Positions 27,349 to 37,128 are shown, numbered from the stretch's first letter. The stretch is DNA of 59,165 bases from Gaiellaceae bacterium (GCA_035640035.1 DASQWX010000010.1:1-59165), one strand, 5' to 3'. Made by a program: numbers and translations. The notes: generated by a model from the sequence alone, not told the origin.

Positions 27349-27925
27349 GCGCCCACCGGTCTTCGTCATCACCGGCACATCCGGCGAGGGAAAAAGCACC
27401 CTCGCGCGAATGCTGCTCGAGCGCGTCCCGGAGCTCGAGCTCGCGGTGTCCGCGACGACGCGAGAACGGCGCCCCGAGGAACAGGAGGGGCGCGAGTACT
27501 ACTTCATCACCCAGGAGGAGTTCGACCGCCTTCTGGCCGCCGACGAGTTCCTCGAATGGGTCGAGTGGCCGTGGGGGGAGCACAAGCGGGCAGGGACGTT
27601 GTGGTCGGAGATCGAGCGAATCACCGGAAAGGGCCACCCGGTTCTCCTCGAGCTCGAGACCGGCGGGGCGCTTGCCGTCCGCGACCGGATGCCAGACAGC
27701 ATCACGATCTTCATCACCGCGCCGAATCGCGAGGAGCTCGAGCGGCGGCTCCGGGCGCGGGGCACGGAGAGCGAGGGCGAAATCGAGGAGCGGATCGCGC
27801 ATGCGCTCGAGCAGAGCAAGCTCGCCGGCGAGTTTTCCTACACGATCGTCAACGACGATCTCGATCGCGCGATCGACGAGCTCGAGCAAATCGTGCGGAG
27901 AGAGATAGCCACGACGCCCTTTTGA
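27293..27925 (+). CDS. gmk: Guanylate kinase
   Basis: P-loop GTSGEGKST, ATTRERRPEEQEGREYYF. The start is uncertain: TTG 27293 overlaps mihF by 56 nt. Confidence 0.9.
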   Translation: MEGCLSASAPSSSGSSTGKRPPVFVITGTSGEGKSTLARMLLERVPELELAVSATTRERRPEEQEGREYYFITQEEFDRLLAADEFLEWVEWPWGEHKRAGTLWSEIERITGKGHPVLLELETGGALAVRDRMPDSITIFITAPNREELERRLRARGTESEGEIEERIAHALEQSKLAGEFSYTIVNDDLDRAIDELEQIVRREIATTPF

Positions 27926-27970
27926 GGGCGCCGCAGGCGGCGCCTCGGCGGCAGGTAGCATCTCCAAGCC

Positions 27971-28201
27971 ATGATTCATCCCCGCATCGACGAGCTGATC
28001 GAGAATGTCGACTCGCGCTACGCGCTCGTGATCGTCGCCGCGAAGCGCGCCAGACAGATCAACAACTACCACCACCAGCTGGGCGAAGGCACGTTCGACC
28101 AGTTCCTGCCCCCGCTCATCGAGTCGCGCTCGAAGAACTACTTGACGATGGCGCTCGAGGAGATCGCGGAGGGCAAGATCAAGTACGCGTACAAGAAGTA
28201 G
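27971..28201 (+). CDS. rpoZ: DNA-directed RNA polymerase omega subunit
   Basis: 76 aa: ...SRYALVIVAAKRARQINNY.... Confidence 0.9.
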   Translation: MIHPRIDELIENVDSRYALVIVAAKRARQINNYHHQLGEGTFDQFLPPLIESRSKNYLTMALEEIAEGKIKYAYKK

Positions 28202-28270
28202 GCCGCAGCGTCCGGCCCGGGGCTTGAGCCTCGGCAGCGGCTCTTCTAGCCTTGCAGTTTGCAGGCCAAT

Positions 28271-28282
28271 TGATCTAGATCA
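28271..28282. promoter_or_regulatory. Perfect 12-bp palindrome (candidate operator) in an AT-richer stretch upstream of the ABM gene
   Basis: TGATCTAGATCA, 31 nt upstream of ATG 28313, overlapping a possible -10 (TAGATC) that lies 18 nt after TTGCAG (28252-28257). Confidence 0.35.
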
Positions 28283-28312
28283 CAAGCTTGAGCTCACCGC
28301 TGGAGGTGCGAG

Positions 28313-28636
28313 ATGGCCGAGACCTACACCGCCGGAATGTGGAAGGCAAAGGCCGGCGAGGAGGGCGAGTTCGTCCATGCCTGGCGGGAATTCGCGGCCT
28401 GGGCGAGCGCGATGCCCGGCGCCGGAACCCTTCGTCTCACCCGCGACACCAAGGATCCGAGCCGGTTCTTCAGCTTCGCGCCGTGGGAGAGCATCGAGGC
28501 GATCCACGCCTGGAAGGCCTCTGACGAATTCAGGGAGCGCATCGGCCGCGTGAAGGCTCACACGGACGAGTTCACGGCCTGGGAATTCGAGCTCGCGACA
28601 ATGGTTCCGCGTCGAGAACCGGTCGGCGCCGAGTAG
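28313..28636 (+). CDS. Antibiotic-biosynthesis-monooxygenase (ABM/Dabb) domain protein
   Basis: 107 aa: ...FVHAWREFAAWASAMPGAG...FFSFAPWESIEAIHAWKASDEF.... Confidence 0.65.
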   Translation: MAETYTAGMWKAKAGEEGEFVHAWREFAAWASAMPGAGTLRLTRDTKDPSRFFSFAPWESIEAIHAWKASDEFRERIGRVKAHTDEFTAWEFELATMVPRREPVGAE

Positions 28637-28669
28637 AGAAACGCCTTTTTCCTGACTCCGGAGGGCAGA

Positions 28670-29851
28670 ATGTCCTTCATGGCTCGGGTTGTCTTGGGTG
28701 TCACCGGGGGAATCGCGGCCTACAAGGCAGCCGAGCTCGCAAGGCTGCTCGTGAAGGCGGGCCACGAGGTGACTCCGATCCTCACCGGGGAGGCCGAGTC
28801 CTTCGTCACACGCAAGACCTTCGAAGCGCTGGCCCGCCGCGAGGCGCCGGGCGAGCTCTATCCGCACCTCGTGAACGCCGATCTACTCGTCATCGCGCCG
28901 CTCTCGGCGAATACGCTGGCGAAGCTCGCCCATGGGCTCGCCGACAACGTCCTGACTCAGACGGCGCTCGCTTTCGAGGGCCCCGTGCTCACGGCGCCGG
29001 CGATGAATCCCCGCATGTGGGCGCACCGGGCCACTCGCGAGAACGTCGCGAAGCTCAGGGAGCGCGGCGTTGTCCTCGTCGGGCCGGACGAGGGCGAGCT
29101 GGCGGAGGGGGAGTGGGGGGTGGGGCGCATGAGCGAACCGGCGGAGATCATGCGCCGCGCCGAGGCCTTGCTCGCACGGCGCGACCAACTCGCCGGGAAG
29201 CGCGTCCTCGTCAGCGCAGGCGGGACACGCGAGCCGCTCGACGCCGTCCGTTTTCTCGGCAACCGCTCGTCCGGCCGAATGGGTGTCGCGCTCGCCGAGG
29301 AAGCCCGGCTGCGGGGAGCGGACGTCACCTTGATCGCGGCAAATCTGGCGGTTCCGCCTCCCGGCAAGGTCGAGCTCGTCCCCGCCTCGACCGCGGCCGA
29401 GGTCGAGCGAGAGGTTCTCGCGCGCGCCGACGCCGACGTCGTCGTGATGGCGGCGGCCGTCGCCGACTACCGGCCGGCCGAGCCGACTGCGGAGAAACGG
29501 CCGAAGGACGACGAGCCGTGGACGGTGACGCTCGAGCCGACCGCGGACGTGCTAAAGGCGCTCGGCGACCGTCGGCGCGACGGTCAGCTGCTGGTCGGCT
29601 TCGCGGCAGATCGCGGCGAGCCGGGTCTCGCGCGCGCCCGCGAGAAGCTGGTGGCGAAGAAATCCGACTTGATCGTGTTCAACGACGTCTCAAGGGGTGA
29701 CATCGGTTTCGACGCGACCGAGAACGAGGTCGTGCTGGTGAGCTCGGCCGGAGAGCGGCGAATCCGGAAAGCCCGGAAGGAGCGAATCGCGGGTGAGATC
29801 CTCGACGAGATCGCACACCTGATGCAGACGCATCACTGGAAGGTGCACTAA
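28670..29851 (+). CDS. coaBC: Bifunctional phosphopantothenoylcysteine decarboxylase / phosphopantothenate-cysteine ligase
   Basis: VVLGVTGGIAAYKAAELARLL..., PAMN.RMW, ...SAGGTREPLD.VRFLGNRSSGRMG... Confidence 0.95.
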   Translation: MSFMARVVLGVTGGIAAYKAAELARLLVKAGHEVTPILTGEAESFVTRKTFEALARREAPGELYPHLVNADLLVIAPLSANTLAKLAHGLADNVLTQTALAFEGPVLTAPAMNPRMWAHRATRENVAKLRERGVVLVGPDEGELAEGEWGVGRMSEPAEIMRRAEALLARRDQLAGKRVLVSAGGTREPLDAVRFLGNRSSGRMGVALAEEARLRGADVTLIAANLAVPPPGKVELVPASTAAEVEREVLARADADVVVMAAAVADYRPAEPTAEKRPKDDEPWTVTLEPTADVLKALGDRRRDGQLLVGFAADRGEPGLARAREKLVAKKSDLIVFNDVSRGDIGFDATENEVVLVSSAGERRIRKARKERIAGEILDEIAHLMQTHHWKVH

Positions 29852-30816
29852 TGGACGACCCGCTGCGGAGCGCCGCGGACCGAGTCGGCGCCGAGGAGTC
29901 GATTCGCCGGATCGTCGGCAACCTCGCGGGGGTCGTCCACGCGCCCGAGGAGACGCTGCAGCTGACGGTCCTCTGCCTGCTCGCCGAAGGCCACCTGATC
30001 ATCGAAGACCTGCCGGGCGTGGGGAAGACGACGCTGGCGAAGGCGCTCGCGCGCTCGATCGACTGCTCGTTCTCGCGCCTGCAGTTCACGCCCGACCTGC
30101 TCCCCTCCGACGTCACCGGCGTCAACGTGTTCAACCAGCGTTCGAACGAGTTCGAGTTCCGCCCCGGGCCGGTGTTCGCGAACTTGCTCCTCGTCGACGA
30201 GATCAACAGAGCCTCGCCGAAGACGCAGGCGGCGCTGCTCGAGTGCATGCAGGAGGACCAGGTGACGGTCGACGGCCGCTCGTACGAGCTCGTCAAGCCG
30301 TTCATGGTGATCGCGACGCAGAATCCGGTCGAGTACGAGGGCACGTACCCGCTGCCGGAGGCCCAGCTCGACCGCTTCACGATGCGCCTCGCGATCGGCT
30401 ACCCGCCGCTGTCGGACGAGGCGCGGATGCTCACGGAGCAGACAGTCGACCCGCCGCTGGAGACGCTCGAGCCCGTGGCGACGGGCGACGAGGTAATGGA
30501 GCTCGTCGAGCGGGCGCGCGGCATCTTCGTCGAGGAGGCCCTGAACCGGTACGTCGTCGCGCTCCTGCGTCAGACGAGACAGGACGGGCGGCTCTACGTC
30601 GGCGGCAGCCCCCGCGCCGGAATCGCCCTCCTCCGCGTCGCGAAGGCCCGCGCCCTGGCAGGGGGGCGCGAGTTCGTCGAGCCGGACGACGTGAAGGCGA
30701 TCGTCGAGCCCGTGCTCGCGCACCGCCTGATGCTTGCCCCGGAGGCGCGCTCCGCCGGCCTGACGCCCGCCGAGCTCGTCCGCGACGCCGTCGAGCACAC
30801 CCCGGTCCCCGTTTAG
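29851..30816 (+). CDS. moxR: MoxR-family AAA+ ATPase
   Basis: Walker A DLPGVGKTTLAKALA, Walker B LLLVDEINRASPKTQAALLE.M.E. The start overlaps the coaBC stop (TAATG). Confidence 0.9.
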   Translation: MDDPLRSAADRVGAEESIRRIVGNLAGVVHAPEETLQLTVLCLLAEGHLIIEDLPGVGKTTLAKALARSIDCSFSRLQFTPDLLPSDVTGVNVFNQRSNEFEFRPGPVFANLLLVDEINRASPKTQAALLECMQEDQVTVDGRSYELVKPFMVIATQNPVEYEGTYPLPEAQLDRFTMRLAIGYPPLSDEARMLTEQTVDPPLETLEPVATGDEVMELVERARGIFVEEALNRYVVALLRQTRQDGRLYVGGSPRAGIALLRVAKARALAGGREFVEPDDVKAIVEPVLAHRLMLAPEARSAGLTPAELVRDAVEHTPVPV

Positions 30817-30906
30817 TGGCCCTCCCGGCGACATCCGCCGGCCTCTGGCGCGCGATAAGCGGCGCTACGCCGCGTCCTCAGTCGCACCCGTACTTTTCAA
30901 GTACGA

Positions 30907-30982
30907 GCACTCCTTGCGTCCTTGCCTGGCTTGCTTCTCACGCCCCAGAGACTGGGCAATGTCACCGGGAGGACCACTGACA
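30907..30982 (+). repeat. Copy B of the ~75-nt repeated junction element (moxR-DUF58 spacer, running into the DUF58 5' end)
   Basis: See copy A at 18255-18330. An AT-rich hairpin GTACTT-TTC-AAGTAC lies immediately upstream at ~30890-30904. Confidence 0.6.
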
Positions 30983-32173
30983 GCCCGAGGCCGCGCGGTG
31001 CTCGGCCTCGGTCTTCTGACCTACGTCGTCGCGCGCGTCTTCGGCTCGAAACCGCTCTATCCCGTCGCGCTGGGTCTTCTCTTCGTACTCGTCGTCGCCT
31101 GGCTCTGGGTCCGCCTCGCGCGCGGGCCGATGCAGCTTCACCGCGAGATCGGTAGCGAGGAGCGGTTCGAAGGCGACGACGTCGTCGTCGAGCTGCGACT
31201 CGACCACGACGCTCAGGTTCCCCCGGCGTCGCTCGTGCTCGTCGAGCATGTCTCCGGGATCGGCGAACGGCGCACGGCGCTCGAGGCGAGTCACGGGCGG
31301 TACACGCTGTCGCGGCTGCGGCGCGGACGCTACGTCTTCCTCGAGGTTCGGGCCGTGCTCGAAGACGCGTTCGGCCTGCAGCGCGTCGAAGTCCCGCTGA
31401 CGACACCGTCGACCCTGCTCGTCTATCCACGGCTCGTCGAGCTGGACCGGCTCTTCTCCGAAGGCGGAACCTATGCGCAGGACGGTCGCAGGTTGCTGCT
31501 CCGGCGGCCGAGCGGCTTCGACCTGCATAGCGTGCGCGACTACGAACGGGGCGAGTCGCTCCGCAAGGTGCACTGGCGCTCAACCGCGAAGCGCGGCGCT
31601 TTGATGGTGAAGGAACTCGAGGACGCGCCTCGGGACGAGGTCGCGATCCTCCTCGACGCGCAGAGCAACGGCGGAGTTGCCGAAGAGAGCTTTGACATGC
31701 AGGTGCGTGCCGCCGGCTCGCTGCTTCTGGCACAGGCGAGGCGCGGCCGCCGCGCACTCCTGCTCGTCAACGGCGCCCAGCGGACGATGCAGCGGGTGCA
31801 CTCGTACGAGACGGACTGGCGCCAGGCGTACGACCTCCTTGCCGCTGCCGAACCCAACGGTCACGCACCCGCGGCGGCGCTGCTGGGCGACGAGGGAAGC
31901 TCGGTCGCACGGGCGCTCGAGCTTACAGTCGTCACGGCTGCGCTCGAGCCCCGGCTCGTCGAGCGTCTCCTCCAGCGAACGCTGAGCCAGCGCCGCGCCG
32001 CGCTTGTCTTCGTCGACCCGGCGAGCTTCGGCCCCAACGGGTCGCCGCCGGCGCCGCAGCCCGCCTTGCTGCGCCTCCAGGCGGGCGGGGTTCCGGTCGC
32101 CGTCGTCAGGCGTGGCGACGACCTCAGGGCGAAGCTCGGCGGTGACGCTCTGCGAAAGGCCGCCGGTGGCTAG
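30959..32173 (+). CDS. DUF58 (vWA-like) protein, MoxR partner
   Basis: N-terminus MSPGGPLTARGRAVLGLGLLTYVV and the DUF58 core ...DLHSVRDYERGESLRKVHWRSTAKRGALMVKELED.... Confidence 0.85.
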   Translation: MSPGGPLTARGRAVLGLGLLTYVVARVFGSKPLYPVALGLLFVLVVAWLWVRLARGPMQLHREIGSEERFEGDDVVVELRLDHDAQVPPASLVLVEHVSGIGERRTALEASHGRYTLSRLRRGRYVFLEVRAVLEDAFGLQRVEVPLTTPSTLLVYPRLVELDRLFSEGGTYAQDGRRLLLRRPSGFDLHSVRDYERGESLRKVHWRSTAKRGALMVKELEDAPRDEVAILLDAQSNGGVAEESFDMQVRAAGSLLLAQARRGRRALLLVNGAQRTMQRVHSYETDWRQAYDLLAAAEPNGHAPAAALLGDEGSSVARALELTVVTAALEPRLVERLLQRTLSQRRAALVFVDPASFGPNGSPPAPQPALLRLQAGGVPVAVVRRGDDLRAKLGGDALRKAAGG

Positions 32174-34397
32174 GACGGCTCTGCTCTCGGCGCCGGCTGC
32201 CGCGTTGCTCGCGTGGAGCTGGCTGCGCCTCGGCGAGCCGCACGCGCGTGGGTCGACGGCTCTCTGGCTGGTCGGGGTCGCGCTTGTGCCTTCGCTCCTT
32301 CCAAAACTGCGATGGCGGCTGTTCGCACTCGTCCCCGCGGTCGTCGTCGGCCTGCACATCGCCCTCGGCATCTGGATCTGGCATCCGCTGCGACTGCTGG
32401 GACGTTTCGGCGGGGGCTTTCTGGAGTTCTACGACGTGAAATTGCCGTTCGCAGCGTTCTCTCACCCGCGCATGGAAGACGTGGTTCTCGTTGCGCTTCT
32501 CTTCTCGTGCGCGGTCGTCGGCCTCGTCGTCGCGGCTCGCCGCCCCGTCCTGGCGGCCCTGACCCTGATCGTCGCCGCCGGCTGGCCGGCGACGCTGCTG
32601 AGCGGTCCGCACGACCTGCGCTTCGGCGTTGCGCTGCTCGCGGTGGTGCTTCTCCTCGTCGTCGGCCTCGACGGGTCCCTCCGCGCGAGGCGGGTGGGAC
32701 TCGCCGCGCTCGTCGGTGCCTCAGTCGTCCTGGCTGCGTTCACGGCGTCGACGTCGTCGGCGATCGCGAGCGGGGAAGTCCTCCACTGGCAGGGTTGGGA
32801 CTTCTACACGAAGCCGCAGAAGCCGGTGGGGGTCGAGTACGTCTGGAACTCCAACTACGGCGGGCTTCACTTTCCCAAGAAAGTGACCACGGTGCTGCGG
32901 ATCAAGGCGCCGGACAGGAGCACGTATTGGCGGGCGACGACGCTCGACCAGTTCGATGGAGGCAACTGGTACGAGAACAACCCGATCGAGGTTCTGCCGA
33001 CCAGGATCGACGGCCGCGACGAGCTCCTCGGCGACGCCGAGATGCCGCCGGCCGGGCGCGATTCCAAAGGCTGGGTTCGCCAGGACGTGACCGTCGGCGC
33101 CCTCCACGACAACCACCTGATCGGCGCAAGCGTCCCGGTTGCGTACGAGACGGGCTCGCAGGCCGCCGACTACGGCCTGGGCGGTGTCGGCTACCTCCAG
33201 GACGGGATCTCGCCGGGCTACCGCTACAGCGTCTGGAGCTACGAGGCGCAGCCCACTCCGCGCCAACTCGCCGATCTACCACCGCGGTACCCGAGGCAGG
33301 TGAGGAAGACCGACCTGTACGTCGAAGCGCGAGAGCTCGCACCGCCGTTCGGCGCGTCGAACCGCGACCGGCGGATCGCGGAGATCTTCGAGGAGTCGTA
33401 CCGCGCCCGCCAGTACGAGGGCCTCTACGAGACCGCAAAGCGCGTCGTCGGCAATCCGGCGAATCCGTACGCGGCGGCGCTCGAGCTCGAGGGCTGGTTC
33501 CGATCCGGCGCCTTCACGTACGACCAGAGTCCGCCGCAGCCCCGGAACACGCCGGCGCTCGTCTCCTTCGTTCTCCAAACGCGCCGCGGGTACTGCCAGC
33601 ACTTCGCTGGCGCGATGGCGCTGATGCTGCGGTATCTCGGGATCCCGGCGCGAGTCGCTGCCGGTTTCACGAGCGGCGTCTACGACCGCAGCAATCACGA
33701 ATGGATCGTCACCGACCACGACGCGCACACGTGGGTCGAGGCCTGGTTCCCGCGATACGGCTGGCTCCCCTTCGACCCGACGCCCGGCCGCGGCTCCCTC
33801 GACGGCACTTACACGACCGCGTCGCCGCACTTCGACCTTTCCGACGGGCTCCTGGCTGTCGCGCAGAAGCTGAAGCGCCCCGGCCAGTTCAACCTCCGCA
33901 AACTCGGCCATGGGGGGAACGCGAAGGTCACCAAGCCACCGACGAAGCCACGAATGGCCCACCGCGCCTCCGGCTCCGGCTTCGGCGCGCTCCTGAAGGC
34001 CTTGTTCCTGGCGGCTCTGGCTCTCCTCGGCCTCGTCGTGACGGTAAAGCTCGCGATTCGCAAGCGGCGCTACCTGACCCGCGATCCGCGGAAGCTCGCC
34101 CGAGCCTGCATCCAGGAGCTCGCCGATTACGCCGCCGACCAGGGAGCGAAGGCACCTCCAAGCGCGACCGTGCGCGAGCTGGCGAGGCTCGTGGAGGAGG
34201 AGATCGGCGTCTCGGCCGTCGCGTTCGCCGGCGCGGCCGCGGAGGCCCGCTTCGGGCCGACCGCCGGGGCCGCCGACGCCGCACGGGCTGCCCGCCGCGA
34301 GTTGCGTTCGCTGAGACACCAGCTGCGCTCTGCGCTATCCCACACCGAGCGGGCGCTCGGGCTGGTGTCTCTGCGTTCGCTGGGCCTGACCGGCTAG
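32166..34397 (+). CDS. Transglutaminase-like (TgpA-type) polytopic membrane protein
   Basis: Multiple N-terminal TM helices. Catalytic core RRGYCQHFAGAMALMLRYLGIPARV...DHDAHTWVEAWF..GWLPFDPTP. GTG 32166 overlaps the DUF58 stop. Confidence 0.85.
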   Translation: MARTALLSAPAAALLAWSWLRLGEPHARGSTALWLVGVALVPSLLPKLRWRLFALVPAVVVGLHIALGIWIWHPLRLLGRFGGGFLEFYDVKLPFAAFSHPRMEDVVLVALLFSCAVVGLVVAARRPVLAALTLIVAAGWPATLLSGPHDLRFGVALLAVVLLLVVGLDGSLRARRVGLAALVGASVVLAAFTASTSSAIASGEVLHWQGWDFYTKPQKPVGVEYVWNSNYGGLHFPKKVTTVLRIKAPDRSTYWRATTLDQFDGGNWYENNPIEVLPTRIDGRDELLGDAEMPPAGRDSKGWVRQDVTVGALHDNHLIGASVPVAYETGSQAADYGLGGVGYLQDGISPGYRYSVWSYEAQPTPRQLADLPPRYPRQVRKTDLYVEARELAPPFGASNRDRRIAEIFEESYRARQYEGLYETAKRVVGNPANPYAAALELEGWFRSGAFTYDQSPPQPRNTPALVSFVLQTRRGYCQHFAGAMALMLRYLGIPARVAAGFTSGVYDRSNHEWIVTDHDAHTWVEAWFPRYGWLPFDPTPGRGSLDGTYTTASPHFDLSDGLLAVAQKLKRPGQFNLRKLGHGGNAKVTKPPTKPRMAHRASGSGFGALLKALFLAALALLGLVVTVKLAIRKRRYLTRDPRKLARACIQELADYAADQGAKAPPSATVRELARLVEEEIGVSAVAFAGAAAEARFGPTAGAADAARAARRELRSLRHQLRSALSHTERALGLVSLRSLGLTG

Positions 34398-35089
34398 TGG
34401 AAGCGATCGTCATGGCCGCCGGCGAAGGCCGGCGGTTGCGGCCCGTGACCGAGCGCTGGCCGAAGCCGGTGCTGCCGGTGGACGGACGGCCTGTGATCTC
34501 GACGCTCCTGCACGAGGTGCGCCGAGCCGGGTGCGATCATGCCACCGTCGTCACCGGCCACCTTGCGGAGAAGGTCGAGGGCCTGCTCGGCGACGGCTCT
34601 GCCTACGGAGTCGAGCTGCGGTACGCGCACCAGCCGCGGGCGGACGGATCCGCTGACGCGGTCGTGCGGGCGCTCGCCGCCGGAGCGGAGCCGCCGGCTC
34701 TCGTGACGGTTGCGGACACGGTCTACAGACCGGGCGCCGTCGCCGGCTTTGCGAGTGCCTTCGCGGAGTCCAGAGCCGCGGGCGCGGTCGCCGTTCGAGA
34801 GTCTGGTGGTATGGGCGGAATCGGCCTCGAGGTCGACGCCGGCTTCGTGACGGGGATCGGTGGGGAGGCTGGAGCCTTCGTGCACGCCGCTCTCTGGGCC
34901 CTCGGGTCCGAGCTGACGCGGTACCTCGACGGCCTCGACGGCCCTCCCTACGAGCTCGCCGACGCATACCGGCGGGCGATCCGCGACGGGTTGCAGATTC
35001 CAGCGTTCGACGTAGGTCCGACGCGGGATTTGACGGATGCGCTTGACTTGGTACAGGAGAACTTCGTCTACCTGAGCGGGGTCGAATGA
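34397..35089 (+). CDS. Sugar-phosphate nucleotidyltransferase (NTP_transferase fold)
   Basis: MAAGEGRRLRPVTERWPKPVLPVDGRPVI (GxGxRL...PKP motif). It is the real 3' part of the long shadow ORF 32213-35089. GTG 34397 overlaps the upstream TAG; ATG 34412 is an alternative start. Confidence 0.75.
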   Translation: MEAIVMAAGEGRRLRPVTERWPKPVLPVDGRPVISTLLHEVRRAGCDHATVVTGHLAEKVEGLLGDGSAYGVELRYAHQPRADGSADAVVRALAAGAEPPALVTVADTVYRPGAVAGFASAFAESRAAGAVAVRESGGMGGIGLEVDAGFVTGIGGEAGAFVHAALWALGSELTRYLDGLDGPPYELADAYRRAIRDGLQIPAFDVGPTRDLTDALDLVQENFVYLSGVE

Positions 35090-35442
35090 GCGACACGTAC
35101 AACCTCTTCCAGCAGGGGCGCGCCCAGCTTCGAGACGGCATGGCGGCCCAGGCGACCGTCGCGCTCGAGAAGGCGAAGCGCCGCGAGCCCGAGAAGGCAT
35201 CGATCCGCGAGGCACTCGGAATCGCCTACTTCCGCATCCATCGGTACGAGGAGGCCGAGACCGAGTTTCGCAAGCTGCTCGAGCTGGCACCCGCCGACGA
35301 TTACGGCCACTATGCGCTTGGCCGCTGCCTGGAGAAACAGGGCCGCGAGACCGAAGCGCAGGGTCACTACAAGCTCGCGAGCTCCCTGAGGCCCGCGAGC
35401 AAGCGGTATTCAGCCCGTATTCGGACGGTGGGCGAGGCGTAG
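35086..35442 (+). CDS. TPR-repeat protein
   Basis: 118 aa with about 3 TPR-like units (ALGIAYFRIHRYEEAETEFRKLLELAP.DDYGHYALGRCLEKQGR). ATGA overlap with the upstream gene. Confidence 0.7.
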   Translation: MSDTYNLFQQGRAQLRDGMAAQATVALEKAKRREPEKASIREALGIAYFRIHRYEEAETEFRKLLELAPADDYGHYALGRCLEKQGRETEAQGHYKLASSLRPASKRYSARIRTVGEA

Positions 35443-35547
35443 ATGTTTTTTGAGACCGTCGAACGGCCGCGGCGGCGAAGCCGCCACGGCCTCCAAGTCG
35501 GCATCGCAAGCGACGCCTCGGCTCGCATTCGGACTGCCTAGCCGGCG

Positions 35548-35985
35548 GTGCGCGCTGTCGTCCAGCGCGTCTCCAGGGCACGTGTCGTTATCGGCCAAGA
35601 GACGGCCGCGGCCGTCGGCGCCGGGCTCTGTGTCCTGCTCGGCGTGGCGCAGGACGACACCGCTGCCGTGGCCGAGCGCCTTGCGGGCAAGATTGGGCGG
35701 CTGCGGATTTTCGAGGACAAAGCCGGCAGGTTCGACCGGAGCCTGCTCGACGTCGGCGGTGAGGCACTCGTCGTCAGTCAATTCACCCTGATTGCGGACA
35801 CCGCGAAGGGAAACCGCCCGAGCTTCGGCGATGCGGCCCGGCCTGAGGAGGCGGAGCCGCTCTACGACCGGTTCTGCCAGGCGCTTCGCCAGCTCGGCCT
35901 CTCCGTGCAGACGGGCAGCTTCGGCGCGCGAATGCGGGTCGAGCTCGTCAACGACGGCCCGGTAACCGTCGTCTTGGATGTGTAG
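35548..35985 (+). CDS. dtd: D-aminoacyl-tRNA deacylase
   Basis: [13 protein letters not shown]...LCVLLGV...VVSQFTL.ADT.KGNRPSF...NDGPVT. Confidence 0.9.
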   Translation: MRAVVQRVSRARVVIGQETAAAVGAGLCVLLGVAQDDTAAVAERLAGKIGRLRIFEDKAGRFDRSLLDVGGEALVVSQFTLIADTAKGNRPSFGDAARPEEAEPLYDRFCQALRQLGLSVQTGSFGARMRVELVNDGPVTVVLDV

Positions 35986-36039
35986 TCACACGGTGGAGAT
36001 CTGGGAAAGTCGGGTGAGGTATGGGACGATCCTTGTGTC

Positions 36040-37044
36040 ATGCCGCACTTCCCGTCGCGACGTGAGGCGGATCACACTTTGCTTGCGCTTCGTTATGCCG
36101 CGGTCTTGGCGGCGGTGGCCGCCCTGGCCTTTGCGGCGACCGGGAGTGGCGCACCGGGCGACTCCACGCGCCTCGCCTACATCGGCAAGGACGCGATCTA
36201 CGTCGTCAACACCGATGGAAGCGCGCGCGAGCTCATCGTTCGTGGCGTCGCCGACCACACGACGTTCTCATGGTCCCCTGATGGCCGACGGTTGGCGTTC
36301 TCGGGTGGCCACGAGCGCGCAGAGGAGATTTTCGTCGTCAACGTGGATGGCAGCGGCGTCAAGCGATTGACGCAGCCACCGCGCACACGGAAGCGCGCGG
36401 CAGACGACTGGTCCGAAGACCCGAGCTGGTCGCCGGACGGCAGTGAGATCGCTTTCGACGGCGCCCGGAAGGAGACGGGTGGCGTAGGGCACATCTATGT
36501 CATGAGGGCGGACGGCACGGGGAAGCGCCAGCTCACGCGAGGCCAACTCGACCAGTGGCTGCCGAGTTGGTCGCCGGACGGCCACAAGATCATGTTCGAG
36601 CAGTTCGTCGGCAGCCAATTCGCCATACCTGCACGAATCGACCTCTACACCATCAACCCCGACGGCACCGGACGAAAGAAGCTGGCCAGGGTCAGGAACG
36701 AAGCCGACCATTGCGCCTGCGCGGTCTGGTCTCCGGACGCGTCGAAAATCGCATACGAAGGCGGCGGGCAGAACGGCAAGCCGGACATTTACGTGATGAA
36801 CCCAGACGGCAGCCGCCGGACGCAGCTCACGCATCACCGCGCCCGCGACGAGAATCCGGATTGGTCACCGGACGGGACACAGATCGCCTTTTACAGCGAG
36901 CGTCCTGGAAACGCCGAGATCTACACCATGAAGGTCGATGGCACCCAGCAGACACGAGTCACTCACGACCCGTGGTACGACCAAGCCGTTCGCTGGGAGC
37001 CACCGACTGCGATCCCTCCACCGGCTCGAACCACGCCTCGCTAG
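36040..37044 (+). CDS. Secreted WD40-like (PD40/TolB-type) beta-propeller protein
   Basis: Signal-like N-terminus and repeated SWSPDG..IAF / VWSPDAS.IAY / DWSPDGTQIAF units. Confidence 0.8.
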   Translation: MPHFPSRREADHTLLALRYAAVLAAVAALAFAATGSGAPGDSTRLAYIGKDAIYVVNTDGSARELIVRGVADHTTFSWSPDGRRLAFSGGHERAEEIFVVNVDGSGVKRLTQPPRTRKRAADDWSEDPSWSPDGSEIAFDGARKETGGVGHIYVMRADGTGKRQLTRGQLDQWLPSWSPDGHKIMFEQFVGSQFAIPARIDLYTINPDGTGRKKLARVRNEADHCACAVWSPDASKIAYEGGGQNGKPDIYVMNPDGSRRTQLTHHRARDENPDWSPDGTQIAFYSERPGNAEIYTMKVDGTQQTRVTHDPWYDQAVRWEPPTAIPPPARTTPR

Positions 37045-37103
37045 GCCGTTCGGCCCGGACGGTATTCGGTCGTGAGCGACAGCGGCTGATGCTCGTCCTG
37101 TCT

Positions 37104-37128
37104 TAGACATATGTATTTGACATATACT
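37104..37128 (+). promoter_or_regulatory. AT-rich promoter/operator island upstream of padR
   Basis: TAGACATATGTATTTGACATATACT contains a GACATAT direct repeat, an ACATATGT palindrome and ATGT...ACAT half-sites. TATACT (37123-37128) lies 7 nt before ATG 37136. Confidence 0.4.

Noticed and set aside
32213-34396. N-terminal 728 codons of the 958-aa ORF 32213-35089
   Set aside because: This part is an out-of-frame shadow of the transglutaminase gene. Only the last ~230 codons (from GTG 34397) carry a real NTP_transferase signature.
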